A stretch of 64,000 nt of DNA from Macrostomum lignano (GCA_002269645.1 NIVC01001119.1:124001-188000); one strand, 5' to 3'. Positions 12,713 to 26,225 are shown, numbered from the stretch's first letter. Notes: a model not told the origin generated them from the sequence alone. Translations and numbers: made by a program.

Positions 12713-13611
12713 AAACCGGTGCGGCCTTCCACCGCACGCCAGATCGTCACAAGAATTGATATTTAAAATCAGAAACTAGTTCTACTACTACCATACGTAG
12801 CAAGCTTGGGATATCGAGATGTCAAGATTGCTCAATCGGCACTGAGTCTAATTAGTACTCGAGCCAAGAAAAAACTTCAGTGCTTGCAAATCAGGCTGTT
12901 CTCCACAGACGAGACGCTCTGATTTCATGCCTCATTAAGTCCTCCTTTTTCAACTTTTTCTAATCAGAACAGATCCCTGCGTGTCTCATTTACAATAAAA
13001 AGCTCCACGAGTTCTGCGCACATCTTGTAAAAATATTATAAAATCTAAGAAGAGCTGAACTTGACATTGGAACTGAAAAAAAGTCAAGTCAGAAATGTAT
13101 TGAGACAAAAATTGGCACATCAATTTTGCTGGCTGAAAAGCCAGCTTATACCGAAATCGTGTATTGGCAATCGCTCTAGCTCACCCTTCCCGCAAATAGC
13201 TAGCAAGTTACATTCTGAGAGAGAATGAAACAGCGATGCAACTCAACCCCCCACCTTTCCCCCGGCACACACGCTGGCCAAGTTACCACAGGAACAAACT
13301 CACGTTGAGCCAATAGAAAAAATTAAAAAAAATTAAAAAATCGGAGCATAACCTATTACTAATTTCCATTCGAACTACGCACATCCTTGGACTACCGAGA
13401 AATCTAGAAGACCGAAGACGAAAAATCTCACAAAATTTGTCCAAAAACATAAAGAACGAATTTTTGTGATAAAGCCCACAAAAGAAATGGCTGCATTAAA
13501 ATCGTCTGTGCTCACTACGACGACTGGTGGAAAAGGATGCCGTGTGGCTATGCCTAGCTAACGAAGACAAAAAAGCCAGAAATCGAACCACACTTTTGGT
13601 GTGTGAAAAAT

Positions 13612-13935
13612 TGCAATTTAAACCCACCCGTGGCGCACCCACCACCCCACAGTCACTTCAATTTAAACCCTTCCGTGGCGCACACCCACCACCCCACAGT
13701 CACTTCAATTTAAACCCTTCCGTGGCGCACACCCACCACCCCACAACCATATTATTTTAAACCCTCACGCAGCGCACACCCACCACCTCCTACAATCATT
13801 TCAATTTAAACCCCTTCCAGGGCGCACACCCACCACCCCACAACCATATCATTTTAAACCCTCCCGCAGCGCACACCCACCACCTCCTACAATCATTTCA
13901 ATTTAAACCCCTTCCAGGGTGCACAACCACCACCC
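13612..13935. repeat. about 47-bp minisatellite at 5' end of GPCR intron
   Basis: About 7 units ATTTAAACCC...GCGCACACCCACCACC, starting within about 20 nt of the donor. Confidence 0.9.
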
Positions 13936-13952
13936 CACTGCCCAATACTCAC

Positions 13953-14244
13953 CTTCAACAAACACAATCAATTTACAGCCGATTAGTCCCAAGTGCCAGC
14001 TGTGGTAGAAAAGGCGAACAGCCGAGATGGGGATGCAGAAACACGTGACTAGCAGATTCGAGCCCGCCAGATTAACCATTATGTATGATATGTGGCGTCG
14101 CAGGTCTCGATACCGGATGCTCAGGTAAAGAAACAGGCCGTTACCGCCAAGTGACAGGACGGAGATAAGCGCGTACAGCGCGATGAGAAACAGGTCAGAC
14201 ATGTCCAGTTTCCGGAGCCCGGATATCCCGGCGCTAATGTACAT
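13953..14244 (-). CDS. class A GPCR exon 1 (N-terminus, TM1-TM3 start); spliced product about 394 aa from ATG 14244
   Basis: TM1 LSLGGNGL, TM2 NLAGSNLL, WHLGLIGCKL (C3.25). Donor GAAG|GTGAGT at 13953/13952. The upstream TTGCAG (14277-14272) resembles an acceptor, so the true start could lie in a further 5' exon. Confidence 0.88.
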
Positions 14245-14640
14245 TGTAACGTCATACTCGCTCTTGTTAGCCTGCAATTATTGGGCAAATTACCGCAATG
14301 TAATTCAGATAAACCTAGCTTGGAGTATATTAAACAGTCTGCATTTAGAAGACTTACCGGATCGAAAGACATTGTCAGTTATCTATAGAATAAGTAGAAT
14401 GGCTCTCTGCTGTAAGAACCTTTTTGTGAGGAAAAAAGCTAGCCACTGCAGTTACGGCATCGAGGGTATTTATGAGCTCAAAAGATCCCATTGCGTGCCT
14501 GAGCGTTTCCAATTCGATGCCGCCAGATTGTCTGTCAGCCAATTGCTACGGCCTGAATAAGTTGTGGACCCTGCAGTCAGGGTAAAAAAAATAGACACAG
14601 AAAGAGAAGATACAGGGAGACAATACACACGAGCCAAGAG

Positions 14641-17600
14641 ACGGAGGGAGAATAGATGGAGAGAGAGTATAGATAGGGGGAGAATAGATGGAGAGAGAGT
14701 ATAGATAGGGGGAGAATAGATGGAGAGAGAGTATAGATAAGGGGAGAATAGATGGAGAGAGAGTAAAGATAGGGAGAGAATAGATGGGGAGAGAGTATAG
14801 ATAGGGGGAGAATAGATGGAGAGAGAGTATAGATAGGGGGAGAATAGATGGAGAGAGAGTAAAGATAGGGGGAGAATAGATGGAGAGAGAGTATAGATAG
14901 GGGGAGAATAGATGGAGAGAGTGTAGATAGAAGGAGAATAGATGGAGAGAGAGTATAGATAGGGGGAGAATAGATGGAGAGAGAGTAGATAGGGGGAGAA
15001 TAGATGGAGAGAGAGTATAGATAGGGGGAGAATAGATGGGGAGAGAGTATAAATAGGGGGAGAATAGATGGAGAGAGAGTATAGATAGGGAGAGAATAGA
15101 TGGGGAGAGAATATAGATAGGGAGAGAATAGATGGGGAGAGAGTATAGATAGGGGGAGAATAGATGGAGAGAGTGTAGATAGAAGGAGAATAGATGGAGA
15201 GAGAGTATAGATAGGGGGAGAATAGATGGGGAGAGAGTATAGATAGGGAGAGAATAGATGGGGAGAGAGTATAGATAGGGGGAGAATAGATGGAGAGAGG
15301 GTAAAGATAGGGGGAGAATAGATGGAGAGAGAGTATAGATAGGGGAGAATAGATGGAGAGAGAGTATAGATAGGGGGAGAATAGATGGAGAGAGTGTAGA
15401 TAGAAGGAGAATAGATGGGGAGAGAGTATAGATAGGGGGAGAATAGATGGAGAGAGAGTAGATAGGGGGAGAATAGATGGAGAGAGAGTACAGATAGGGG
15501 GAGAATAGATGGAGAGAGAGTAAAGATAGGGAGAGAATAGATGGAGAGAGAGTATAGATAGGGGGAGAATAGATGGAGAGAGAGTATAGATAGGGGGAGA
15601 ATAGATGCAGAGAGAGTATAGATAGGGGGAGAATAGATGTGGAGAGAGTATAGATAGGGGGAGAATAGATGGGGAGAGAGTATAGATAGCGGAGAATAGA
15701 TGGGGAGAGAGTATAGATAGGGAGAGAATAGATGGGGAGAGAGTAAAGATAGGGAGAGAATAGATGGGGAGAGAGTATAGATAGGGGGAGAATAGATGGA
15801 GAGAGAGTATAGATAGGGAGAGAATAGATGGGGAGAGAATATAGATAGGGAGAGAATAGATGGGGAGAGAGTATAGATAGGGAGAGAATAGATGGAGAGA
15901 GAGTAAAGATAGGGAGAGAATAGATGGGGAGAGAGTAAAGATAGGCAGAGAATAGATGGGGAGAGAGTATAGATAGGGGGAGAATAGATGGAGAGAGAGT
16001 ATAGATAGGGAGAGAATAGATGGGGAGAGAGTAAAGATAGGGAGAGAATAGATGGGGAGAGAGTATAGATAGGGAGAGAATAGATGGAGAGAGAGTATAG
16101 ATAGGGAGAGAATAGATGGGGAGAGAGTAAAGATAGGCAGAGAATAGATGGGGAGAGAGTATAGATAGGGGGAGAATAGATGGAGAGAGAGTATAGATAG
16201 GGAGAGAATAGATGGGGAGAGAGTAAAGATAGGGAGAGAATAGATGGGGAGAGAGTATAGATAGGGAGAGAATAGATGGGGAGAGAATATAGATAGGGAG
16301 AGAATAGATGGGGAGAGAGTATAGATAGGGGGAGAATAGATGGAGAGAGTGTAGATAGAAGGAGAATAGATGGGGAGAGAGTATAGATAGGGGGAGAATA
16401 GATGGAGAGAGAGTAGATAGGGGGAGAATAGATGGAGAGAGAGTACAGATAGGGGGAGAATAGATGGAGAGAGAGTAAAGATAGGGAGAGAATAGATGGA
16501 GAGAGAGTATAGATAGGGGGAGAATAGATGGAGAGAGAGTATAGATAGGGGGAGAATAGATGCAGAGAGAGTATAGATAGGGGGAGAATAGATGGGGAGA
16601 GAGTATAGATAGGGGGAGAATAGATGGGGAGAGTATAGATAGCGGAGAATAGATGGGGAGAGAGTATAGATAGGGAGAGAATAGATGGGGAGAGAGTAAA
16701 GATAGGGAGAGAATAGATGGGGAGAGAGTATAGATAGGGGGAGAATAGATGGAGAGAGAGTATAGATAGGGAGAGAATAGATGGGGAGAGAGTAAAGATA
16801 GGGAGAGAATAGATGGGGAGAGAGTATAGATAGGGAGAGAATAGATGGAGAGAGAGTAAAGATAGGGAGAGAATAGATGGGGAGAGAGTAAAGATAGGCA
16901 GAGAATAGATGGGGAGAGAGTATAGATAGGGAGAGAATAGATGGAGAGAGAGTATAGATAGGGAGAGAATAGATGGGGAGAGAGTAAAGATAGGGAGAGA
17001 ATAGATGGGGAGAGAGTATAGATAGGGAGAGAATAGATGGAGAGAGAGTATAGATAGGGAGAGAATAGATGGGGAGAGAGTAAAGATAGGCAGAGAATAG
17101 ATGGGGAGAGAGTATAGATAGGGGGAGAATAGATGGAGAGAGAGTATAGATAGGGAGAGAATAGATGGGGAGAGAGTAAAGATAGGGAGAGAATAGATGG
17201 GGAGAGAGTATAGATAGGGAGAGAATAGATGGAGAGAGAGTATAGATAGGGAGAGAATAGATGGGGAGAGAGTATAGATAGGGGGAGAATAGATGGAGAG
17301 AGAGTATAGATAGGGGGAGAATAGATGGAGAGAGAGTATAGATAGGGAGAGAATAGATGGGGAGAGAGTAAAGATAGGGAGAGAATAGATGGGGAGAGAG
17401 TATAGATAGGGAGAGAATAGATGGGGAGAGAGTATAGATAGGGAGAGAATAGATGGGGAGAGAGTATAGATAGGGGGAGAATAGATGGAGAGAGAGTATA
17501 GATAGGGGGAGAATAGATGGAGAGAGAGTATAGATAGGGGGAGAATAGATGGAGAGAGAGTATAGATAGGGAGAGAATAGATGGGGAGAGAGTAAAGATA

Positions 17601-18436
17601 GGGAGAGAATAGATGGGGAGAGAGTATAGATAGGGGGAGAATAGATGGGGAGAGAGTAAAGATAGGGAGAGAATAGATGGGGAGAGAGTATAGATAGGGA
17701 GAGAATAGATGGAGAGAGAGTAAAGATAGGGAGAGAATAGATGGGGAGAGAGTATAGATAGGGAGAGAATAGATGGAGAGAGAGTAAAGATAGGAAGAGA
17801 ATAGATGGGGAGAGAGTATAGATAGGGAGAGAATAGATGGGGAGAGAGTATAGATAGGGGGAGAAGAGATGGGGAGAGAGTATAGATAGGGAGAGAATAG
17901 ATGGAGAGAGAGTAAAGATAGGGAGAGAATAGATGGGGAGAGAGTATAGATAGGGAGAGAATAGATGGAGAGAGAGTAAAGATAGGGAGAGAATAGATGG
18001 AGAGAGAGTATAGATAGGGGGAGAATAGATGGAGAGAGAGTATAGATAGGGAGAGAATAGATGGGGAGAGAGTAAAGATAGGGAGAGAATAGATGGGGAG
18101 AGAGTATAGATAGGGAGAGAATAGATGGGGAGAGAGTATAGATAGGGAGAGAATAGATGGGGAGAGAGTATAGATAGGGAGAGAATAGATGGAGAGAGAG
18201 TAAAGATAGGGAGAGAATAGATGGGGAGAGAGTATAGATAGGGAGAGAATAGATGGGGAGAGAGTAAAGATAGGGGGAGAATAGATGGAGAGAGAACAGA
18301 TGAGAGAGAATTGATGGGAGAGAGTAGACGGGAGAGAATAGACGGGAGAAAATAGACAGAAGAGAATAGAATAGATATAGAGAGTAGATGGAGAGAGAAG
18401 ATACCGAGAGAGTATAGATAGGGAGAGAATAGATGG
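14641..18436. repeat. 3.8-kb purine-only-strand 32-bp satellite
   Basis: Unit TATAGATAGGGAGAGAATAGATGGGGAGAGAG, roughly 115-120 copies. The diverged end block 18303-18436 is duplicated at about 18632-18765. Confidence 0.97.
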
Positions 18437-19189
18437 GCTAAAATTCTCTAACGAGACCGAGGGGGGGGGGGCTGACTGAAAACTCACCGATCGATAATCG
18501 GAAAACAAGATAAGAATGTACAGTACGTAGAGCGCGGCAGATAGAAGATGGACTAGGCACACAGGGAATGGAAGAAAATGAAAAGGGAGAAAGTGAATTC
18601 TATTAGAGCAAGCTGAAATTTCGCGACAGAGAGAGAATTGATGGGAGAGAGTAGACAGGAGAGAATAGACGGGAGAAAATAGACAGAATAGAATAGAATA
18701 GATATAGAGAGTAGATGGAGAGAGAAGATACCGAGAGAGTATATATAGGGAGAGAATAGATGGGGAGAGAAGCGATAGGAAGATGGGGATGAGGAAGATG
18801 GGGAGAGCTCATTCGAGCCTTGTATTCCCAATTCGTGTCGAAATTCGAATAATAATGAGCCTGGAAACTGATGACCGCATATTCGAGCAAGTGAAATATG
18901 CATAAAAATGCTTATAATTTTATGCACAATTAAATGAAAAAGTTGATCAAGAGAAGAAACGACGAAATCCCATCTCCCCAGAGACATGTGATATATCAGC
19001 CGGAGCTAAGGCAGAGGGGTTCAGTGCCAGTGCACTGTTAAAAGAACTCGAACAGACACTAGAAACCCATATTTCCGATGAGTTCCGCACGAATTGGCAC
19101 TAGCTAATGATACATCTGAGCGAAAATGGAGCTTCTGTGCTAAAACTGATGCGAGCTGTATGAATCCCTCTTGTATAGAATTGTATAGA

Positions 19190-20300
19190 AATCTCTCCAG
19201 CATCTCTACAGCATCTCTACAGCATCTCTCCAGCATCTCTCCAGCATCTCTCCAGCATCTCTACAGCATCTCTCCAGCATCTCTCCAGCATCTCTCCAGC
19301 ATCTCTACAGCATCTCTCCAGCATCTCTCCAGCATCTCTCCAGCATCTCTCCAGCATCTCTCCAACATCTCTCCAGCATCTCTCCAGCATCTCTCCAGCA
19401 TCTCTCCAACATCTCTCCAGCATCTCTCCAACATCTCTCCAGCATCTCTCCAACATCTCTCCAGCATCTCTCCAGCATCTCTCCAACATCTCTCCAGCAT
19501 CTCTCCAGCATCTCTCCAGCATCTCTACAGCATCTCTCCAACATCTCTCCAGCATCTCTCCAGCATCTCTCAACATCTCTCCAGCATCTCTCCAACATCT
19601 CTCCAGCATCTCTCCAACATCTCTCCAGCATCTCTCCAACATCTCTCCAGCATCTGTCCAGCATCTCTCCAGCATCTCTCCAACATCTCTCCAGCATCTC
19701 TCAACATCTCTCCAGCATCTCTCCAACATCTCTCCAGCATCTCTCAACATCTCTCCAGCATCTCTCCAACATCTCTCCAGCATCTCTCAACATCTCTCCA
19801 GCATCTCTCCAGCATCTCCAGCATCTCTCCAGCATCTCTTCGGCATCTCTCCAGAATCTCTCCAGCATCTCCAGCATCTCTCCAGCATCTCTCCAACATC
19901 TCTCCAGTATCTCTCCAGCATCTCCAGCATCTCTCCAGCATCTCTCCAGCATCTCCAGCATCTCTCCAGCATCTCTTCGGCATCTCTCCAGAATCTCTCC
20001 AGCATCTCCAGCATCTCTCCAGCATCTCTCCAACATCTCTCCAGCATCTCTCCAGCATCTCTCCAGCATCTCTCCAGCATCTCTTCGGCATCTCTCCAGA
20101 ATCTCTCCAGCATCTCTCCAGCATCTCCTCAGCATCTCTTCGACATCATGTCTCCAGCATATACATATCCAGATCCATTCCGCAACTCTCCAACAACTGT
20201 CCAGCATCTCTTCGACATCATGTCTCCAGCATATATCCAGATCCATTCCGCAACTCTCCAACAACTGTCCAGCATCTCTTCGACATCATGTCTCTTCTCA
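19190..20300. repeat. 11-bp minisatellite (TCTCCAGCATC)n with higher-order blocks
   Basis: About 85 copies, decaying into a duplicated longer unit at 20130-20300. Confidence 0.95.
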
Positions 20301-21276
20301 TTTCCTGACCCTAAACACCATCTCGTCTTCCAGAAGAGTCTCTAGCATCAACGCTCTTCGTTGTATCATTTTGGAATGATTTTTTAGGGCTCCCACCAAT
20401 GAGGCCTAATTGTTCCACACATACAATGCCTAAGACTATAGCCAAAACAGAGGACTCCTTTTGCTCTATGCCAGGATCCTCGGTCGAAAAAAGCGTTTGG
20501 TTGCCCTCAGAAATTTTTCACTGCATCACTGCACCAAATCTATTAATCCCCAAGGCCCGGCTTGAATAGAAGAGAAAGACAGGTTTTAGTTGGAAAAAAA
20601 CAACCAACGGACAATTAGATGGGGCAGGTGTGCGCCCTCGGGGGGAATAATATTTGTTGCCAAGGCTATAATCAGTCCAGCTTGCTCCACAAAAACAGCA
20701 GGGCACGGCGCAGCTGTGGCTACGCGTGCATCTGAACAAGTGCAACGGACTCTGTAATAACGGCTTGGCTCGCTCAGGACTGCAGCGAACAGACATTCAC
20801 AGACCTGCTGCAGTGGCAAGCGGTCCCATCCGAACACGATAACACGAAACTATACAATCACGATCAGCAGTGAGTAGCCTTCAATGATCAATTGTCTCGA
20901 TGCTCCTCCGCAGATCCTCCAGTTTGTGCTCCTTCGTTTTCTAGCCATTTTCTGCGCTTCGTCCAGTAAACCACAGCGAAGCCTTCAATCTGGTGGCGTG
21001 GAAGTTCACAACGCCGAAAATAGAATGGGAAGGAGCGTGCAGAGATGTTATTAGGCGTTGTGAAATGTAGGTCTTATGGAATCCAGCTGTTTCTCAGGAT
21101 GACAGACGCGCATAAACTTACTGACGAAAGGTAAAGGCAAGACTGCCGATCTTCAGACGATATGGCGTTGAACTGACATCCAGCTGGCATCTCTGATGCC
21201 GAGCTTATAGGGCTTGCATGTCTAAATATAGAAATAAAACATCATGACTCAATGAGGCGTAGAAGCCTGCGCTTCA

Positions 21277-21823
21277 TCAGATCGAGAAGCCAAGGGTAGA
21301 GCTCATGAATTTGACCGCCGCCCTAGTGGTCTTGAGGTCTCGTAGTGCAGCTTTGATGCTTGCCAAGTTTGAGCCCAACTGGTTGGTTTTTGCTCGGAAA
21401 ATTATCGATCGCACAAGCGGCTGGAACTCCACCGGTCGCAGAAACACGAACTGATTCATATTATCCAAATCGGAGCAGATGCCCATAAGACAATCGCCAG
21501 AGGAAGACCTGAAGTGGCAGTTATACTTCTCGGAGAAGAGTCTCAACTGCCACGCCAAGTTTCGAGGCAGCGCAAGCACACAAGCCGCACTGTGCATGCG
21601 GTGCAGCATCCGACAACATCAACCAGGTCCTTCTTCGCAGAAGCACAACTCCGCTCTTTGCACCACTCGTCGTATTACAGTTGTCGTTCATGACAGCCAG
21701 ACAGTTAATTTTCTTGAGGTCGCACTTCACGGACACCTTTGAAACTGCTTCAGCCAGGTGATAGAGGACAACGATAATGAGATAGCTATATTTCGCTCCC
21801 TTGCTCGTCTCATCCAGATGCAA
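21277..21823 (-). pseudogene. possible degenerate hAT-like transposase fragment
   Basis: LDETS...DLKKINC...LMLSDAAP spacing resembles the IDETTD...LEKTN...LSDAAPY motifs of CGGBP1-type hAT transposases. The reading frame is broken and no TIRs were found. Confidence 0.3.
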
Positions 21824-23813
21824 TGCTTAACTGCGTACCCCTCCGCGTCTCTCATTCAGAAAGCAGAAAGACAGACACTGACAGACAGAATGGCAGGCAG
21901 ACAGGCAACCGTGCAGACAAACAGAAAGGACAGTAATGACAGACTAAAATAAAGATCAGTTAGTTTAAAAGACATCTTTAATTAGTTGGCATTGCGGAAT
22001 CCGCAAATTTCACTCTGTACCCGTCAGTTTTTCTTGTCATAAAAAGTCGAACGGTGACAGTCATTAGTCAGCAATGCAAAGGCTCCGTCTCGCACGCGAC
22101 AGCATAAATTGCTGTCGAGGCGGGATATCAGCAGTCCTGCACGAGGCAGATCGAAGGCCCTCCTCTCTCGTCAGCAGGCTTCAAATGGATTGAAGAGAAA
22201 ATTATCCCGGAATTAATTCCATCCCCAGGAGTTCGCGCGCTTCGGTGAGCGCAATGAGTTTAGCTTAGTTTATTTTCACCTGTAGCTGTCCAGACTGCAG
22301 GCCTGTCATCAGCCAACAGTGCCGGGTCTGTAGGAAGTAACCCCATAGCTACAAAGGTAGGCAAGGCCGACGCAGGAAGTGCGCCAGCGGATAATCTCGT
22401 CAGGCCTAATCAGGGTCGACTTCCGCGTCGGTTTCCACATTCTTGAGGTGGTTGGAGGCTGTAAGCTCATCTGCGATCTCGGGAAGCCCCGCATCAAGGG
22501 GATTAAGGCTAGATTGGATGCCGGAGGGATAATGACAGACCGGGGGGCCCAGCTGATCAAGCGTATATACGAGACTAAAAAGGAATCTAAGAATTACTTT
22601 CCCTTTTCCACTCTCCTTTGCCGCTTCACCTGCCGCTCGTGGTCTTAATTATACAGAACACCAAAGCAGACTGCGCGCTGTCAAGGTGAAAGAATGCCCT
22701 GTTTTTTAATAGTTGAGTTGGGAGTACTGCAGCAGCTTGCGTTGCAGCTGCTGCAGTTTGACGGCTGGCTCTCAGCAGACATGATTGTGGTGATAGCTCG
22801 GAGTGCGCCGCCCAGGGAGGTCCCCCAGCAGCGTCGCCAGCAGCTGTGTTGCTCTCTGAAAAGGAGAGTGTGATGGCCTGGGCTGGGGATCGCTCCGCAG
22901 CCCTGGCCATATGGTCTGCCGCTCCCACTGACTACGTTTGTTTGCACTCTGTTTGTTCCCCTCACTGACTCACCGGAGTCACCCCTTCTGAACACTTCCC
23001 CCATGCTACGTATGCACCATTCGTACGCGTGTTCCATGCATCGTGGCACAGCGCGCCTGGCTATGTTGGGGCCCAGGAGCCCACAAATATATGGCAAAGC
23101 TAGACGATACGGTCTGGTTTACATCTCTTATTCCTGTCTGCCACTCGGGAGCCAATTCCCAGTGCATAGCGAATCAAGACTTCGTTCTCGAGTCATTACA
23201 GAGAGTTCAGCCCTGCGGGGGTGGTTCGGAGGTAGCGCATGAGCTGATTTAAATTTTCGGGTTTTTGCACGCTTCAGTAATTGACGTGTGTTGGCCCGAG
23301 GCGAGTCTGGCTCACATGAAGAGCGGTTTTGTCACCGGAATTACAAAAACTACAATTGGCGTTGGTGGGTCCTGATCCACGCTTTGATGCGCGACTCGGG
23401 CACGAGAGGGGACCGGAGGCGCCAAATTCAGTAAGGCGTCGGCTAGCTCATTCCCTTGGATCCGTACAAGTCCCGGGGCCGGAACCCACCAGTTCTAGTG
23501 GTGGGTACAGACAGACAGGGAGACGGGAAGAAGCACTTCTTGAGAGCCTTTAGTTAGAGGGCCGTCATCTTTTATGATCGTGGCTAATTTGGACATTTTG
23601 TCCATCGTAATGGCCAAGCCTAGGAGTAGGTCTTCACCAAGTCTTTCGATCAAACTCATTGCAGAATTGGTGGCGCCGCCATTTACATTCTAATTTCCTT
23701 GGCCTCGCGCCAAGACTTGGACTTGGGTCATGTCCTCCGGTTTTCATGACACGGCGGTTTTGTGTACAAAAAAGTTTGCGGCTTGTCCTACGTTAAAAAC
23801 TAGCAGTTAACGA

Positions 23814-24269
23814 CTCTCTCCCCTGTCTCCCTCTCTTCTCTCCTTTGTCTCCCTCTCTTCTCTCCCCTGTCTCCCTCTCTTGTTTTCCTTGTCTCCCTCT
23901 CTTCTCTCCCCTGTCTCCCTCTCTTTTCTCCCCTGTCTCCCTCTCTTCTCTCCTTTGTCTCCCTCTCTTCTCTCCTTTGTCTCCCTCTCTTCTCTCCTTT
24001 GTCTCCCTCTCTTCTCTCCTTTGTCTCCCTCTCTTCTCTCCCCTGTCTCCCTCTCTTGTTTTCCTTGTCTCCCTCTCTTCTCTCCCCTGTCTCCCTCTCT
24101 TTTCTCCCTGTCTACTCTCTTCTTTCCCTGTCTCCCTCTCTTCTCTCCCCTGTCTCCCTCTCTTCTCTCCCCTGTCTCCCTCTCCTCTCTCCCCTGTCTC
24201 CCTCTCTTCTTTCCCTGTCTACTCTCTTCTTTCCCTGTCTCCCTCTCTTCTCTCCCCTGTCTCCCTCTC
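23814..24269 (+). repeat. 22-bp pyrimidine minisatellite TCCCTCTCTTCTCTCCCCTGTC
   Basis: About 20 copies. It is the exact reverse complement of the array at 25617-26190. Confidence 0.95.
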
Positions 24270-24322
24270 ATACTCGCGCACCCCTTCTCCCCATTATGTA
24301 CATGTAACTCCATTCATGCAAA

Positions 24323-24590
24323 GGGGTTGTAGCCTAGTAGGGGTTGCAGCCTAGTAGGGGTTGCAGCCTAGTAGGGGTTGCAGCCTAGTAGGGGTTGCAG
24401 CCTAGTAGGGGTTGCAGCCTAGTAGGGGTTGCAGCCTAGTAGCCTAGTGGTCAGAGCGTCGGACTCACGACTTGAAGGTCGGGGGTTCGATTCTAGACTC
24501 ACTCGGAACAATTTGTGTCCTTGAGCAAGACACTTAACTCTGCATTAGCTGGGGTAACTGAGAGTGTGTGGTGACTTTCGAACACACACA
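24323..24590 (+). mobile_element. tRNA-derived SINE (CORE/V-SINE-like) with 7x amplified 5' end
   Basis: A box TAGCCTAGTGG (24440-24450) and B box GGTTCGATTC (24484-24493), with unpaired anticodon/T stems. These are followed by GTGTCCTTGAGCAAGACACTTAACTC, matching the conserved central domain of CORE/V-type SINEs. The first 17 nt are repeated 7 times. Confidence 0.8.
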
Positions 24591-25616
24591 ACTAGTAGTG
24601 GATGTCAAATTATTGAAATGACAATGTTCTTTACATCGAAAATGTCAAAAGCCAATCGAAATGACTTTTTTTCTCTCTTGCGGTTCCTCCTCCTCGCAAA
24701 ACGCTAGCAAAAAATATTGATGACAAGATACCCCGCCATTAACCAAGTAACCGGTTATACAGGAGTCTTTGAAACAGGATATTAAGAAGGGGGAGCAGGA
24801 AAATTCGCCTCATCAGTTGCTTTGAGCAGAAAAAAAGCAGATTAAATGATAATTTTAAATACAAGGCCGGCCCCCGTGAATTCAAATTTGTCTCTCGATC
24901 TGCGAGAAAACAGAAAGAAAATTTCCCTCTTTTAGTTAATTTAAAGCTCACGTCTGTAAATAATATATTGTCTGTCTAGTTCAGAAAGTTGTGTTATATA
25001 GGCATTTGAGACAACAATAAATGGCACAGCAAGATTTACTTATGAGATTTATGATATGATATGAGATTTACTTATTAATCTACTATCGTGATTCCTACAA
25101 ATCATCAGGTTAGAGGAATGCAAATTTCACAGAAAATAAAACTAATAAGTAAAACAAGTGGAGCTACTTCTAAAAAAGAGAATTTGAAACAAAGAAATTT
25201 TTTTGTTTTGCTTCATTAAACAGAAAATGCTATAACTATATTTAAACAAATCTTCACCATAAACATGCAATTAAACAGATAAACCATTATGCTCAGTAAA
25301 GTACAAGACGAACTTTAATTAATTAACGCAAACATGTTTCTAAAAGAAACTAGAGATCATGTACAACAATAACAGACTTTTTCAAAAAGCAAATAAAACG
25401 GCAATATGTAATCTTTATGTAACTAATATAGGGCGTAGGAAAATCACAGAACACAGAGTGCTTGGATGGCTCTTAAAAGGCTAATATTGGTCATCATTGT
25501 GGCTGCTTGCTGTCTTATTAAAGACGGCATTTAATCAGCGAGTATTTGTCACAGAGTAAATAAAAATTGGCACACAAATAAGACTTAAAAAGAACAGCCT
25601 CTGAGTTAATATTAAA

Positions 25617-26190
25617 GAAGAGAGAGACAGGGAGAGAAGAGAAGGAGACAAGGGAGAGAAGAGAGGGAGACAGGTAAGAAAAAGGGAGAAAGGGGAGAGA
25701 AGAGAGGGAGACAGAAGAGAAGAGAGGGAGACAGGTAAGAAAGAGGGAGAAAGGGGAGAGAAGAGAGGGAGACAAGGAACAGAAAAGAGGGAGACAAGGG
25801 AGAGAAGAGAGGGAGACAGGGGAGAGAAGAAAGGGAGACAGGGGAGAGAAGAGAGGGAGACAGGGGAGAGAAGAGAGGGAGACAGGGGAGAGAAGAGAGG
25901 GAGACAGGGGAGAGAAGAGAGGGAGACAAGGGAGAGAAAAGAGGGAGACAAGGGAGAGAAGAGAGGGAGACAAGGAACAGAAAAGAGGGAGACAAGGGAG
26001 AGAAGAGAGGGAGACAGGGGAGAGAAGAAAGGGAGACAGGGGAGAGAAGAGAGGGAGACAGGGGAGAGAAGAGAGGGAGACAGGAGAGAGAAGAGAGGGA
26101 GACAGGGGAGAGAAGAGAGGGAGACAAGGGAGAGAAAAGAGGGAGACAAGGGATAGAAGAGAGGGAGACAGTGGAGCGAAGAGAGGGAGA
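25617..26190 (-). repeat. 22-bp minisatellite GACAGGGGAGAGAAGAGAGGGA in TM9SF3 3' UTR
   Basis: About 26 copies. Its degenerate edge reaches within about 10 nt of the TM9SF3 stop codon. Confidence 0.95.
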
Positions 26191-26225
26191 CCGAAAAGAA
26201 GAGAAGAGCAGAGGCAGAGAGCAGT

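Noticed and set aside
14546-18562. 1338-aa ORF (LSPSILSL...)
   Set aside because: Stop-free translation of the pyrimidine strand of the 32-bp satellite, with no domains or splice context.
19094-20308. 404-aa and overlapping MLERCWRD ORFs
   Set aside because: Translations of the 11-bp repeat in multiple frames.
22300-23300. GC-rich overlapping ORFs as a gene or LTR
   Set aside because: No recognisable domain, consistent splice model or terminal repeat pair.
24425-24510. tRNA gene (anticodon CAC-like)
   Set aside because: The anticodon and T stems do not pair and it is followed by a SINE core domain, so it was called a SINE head.
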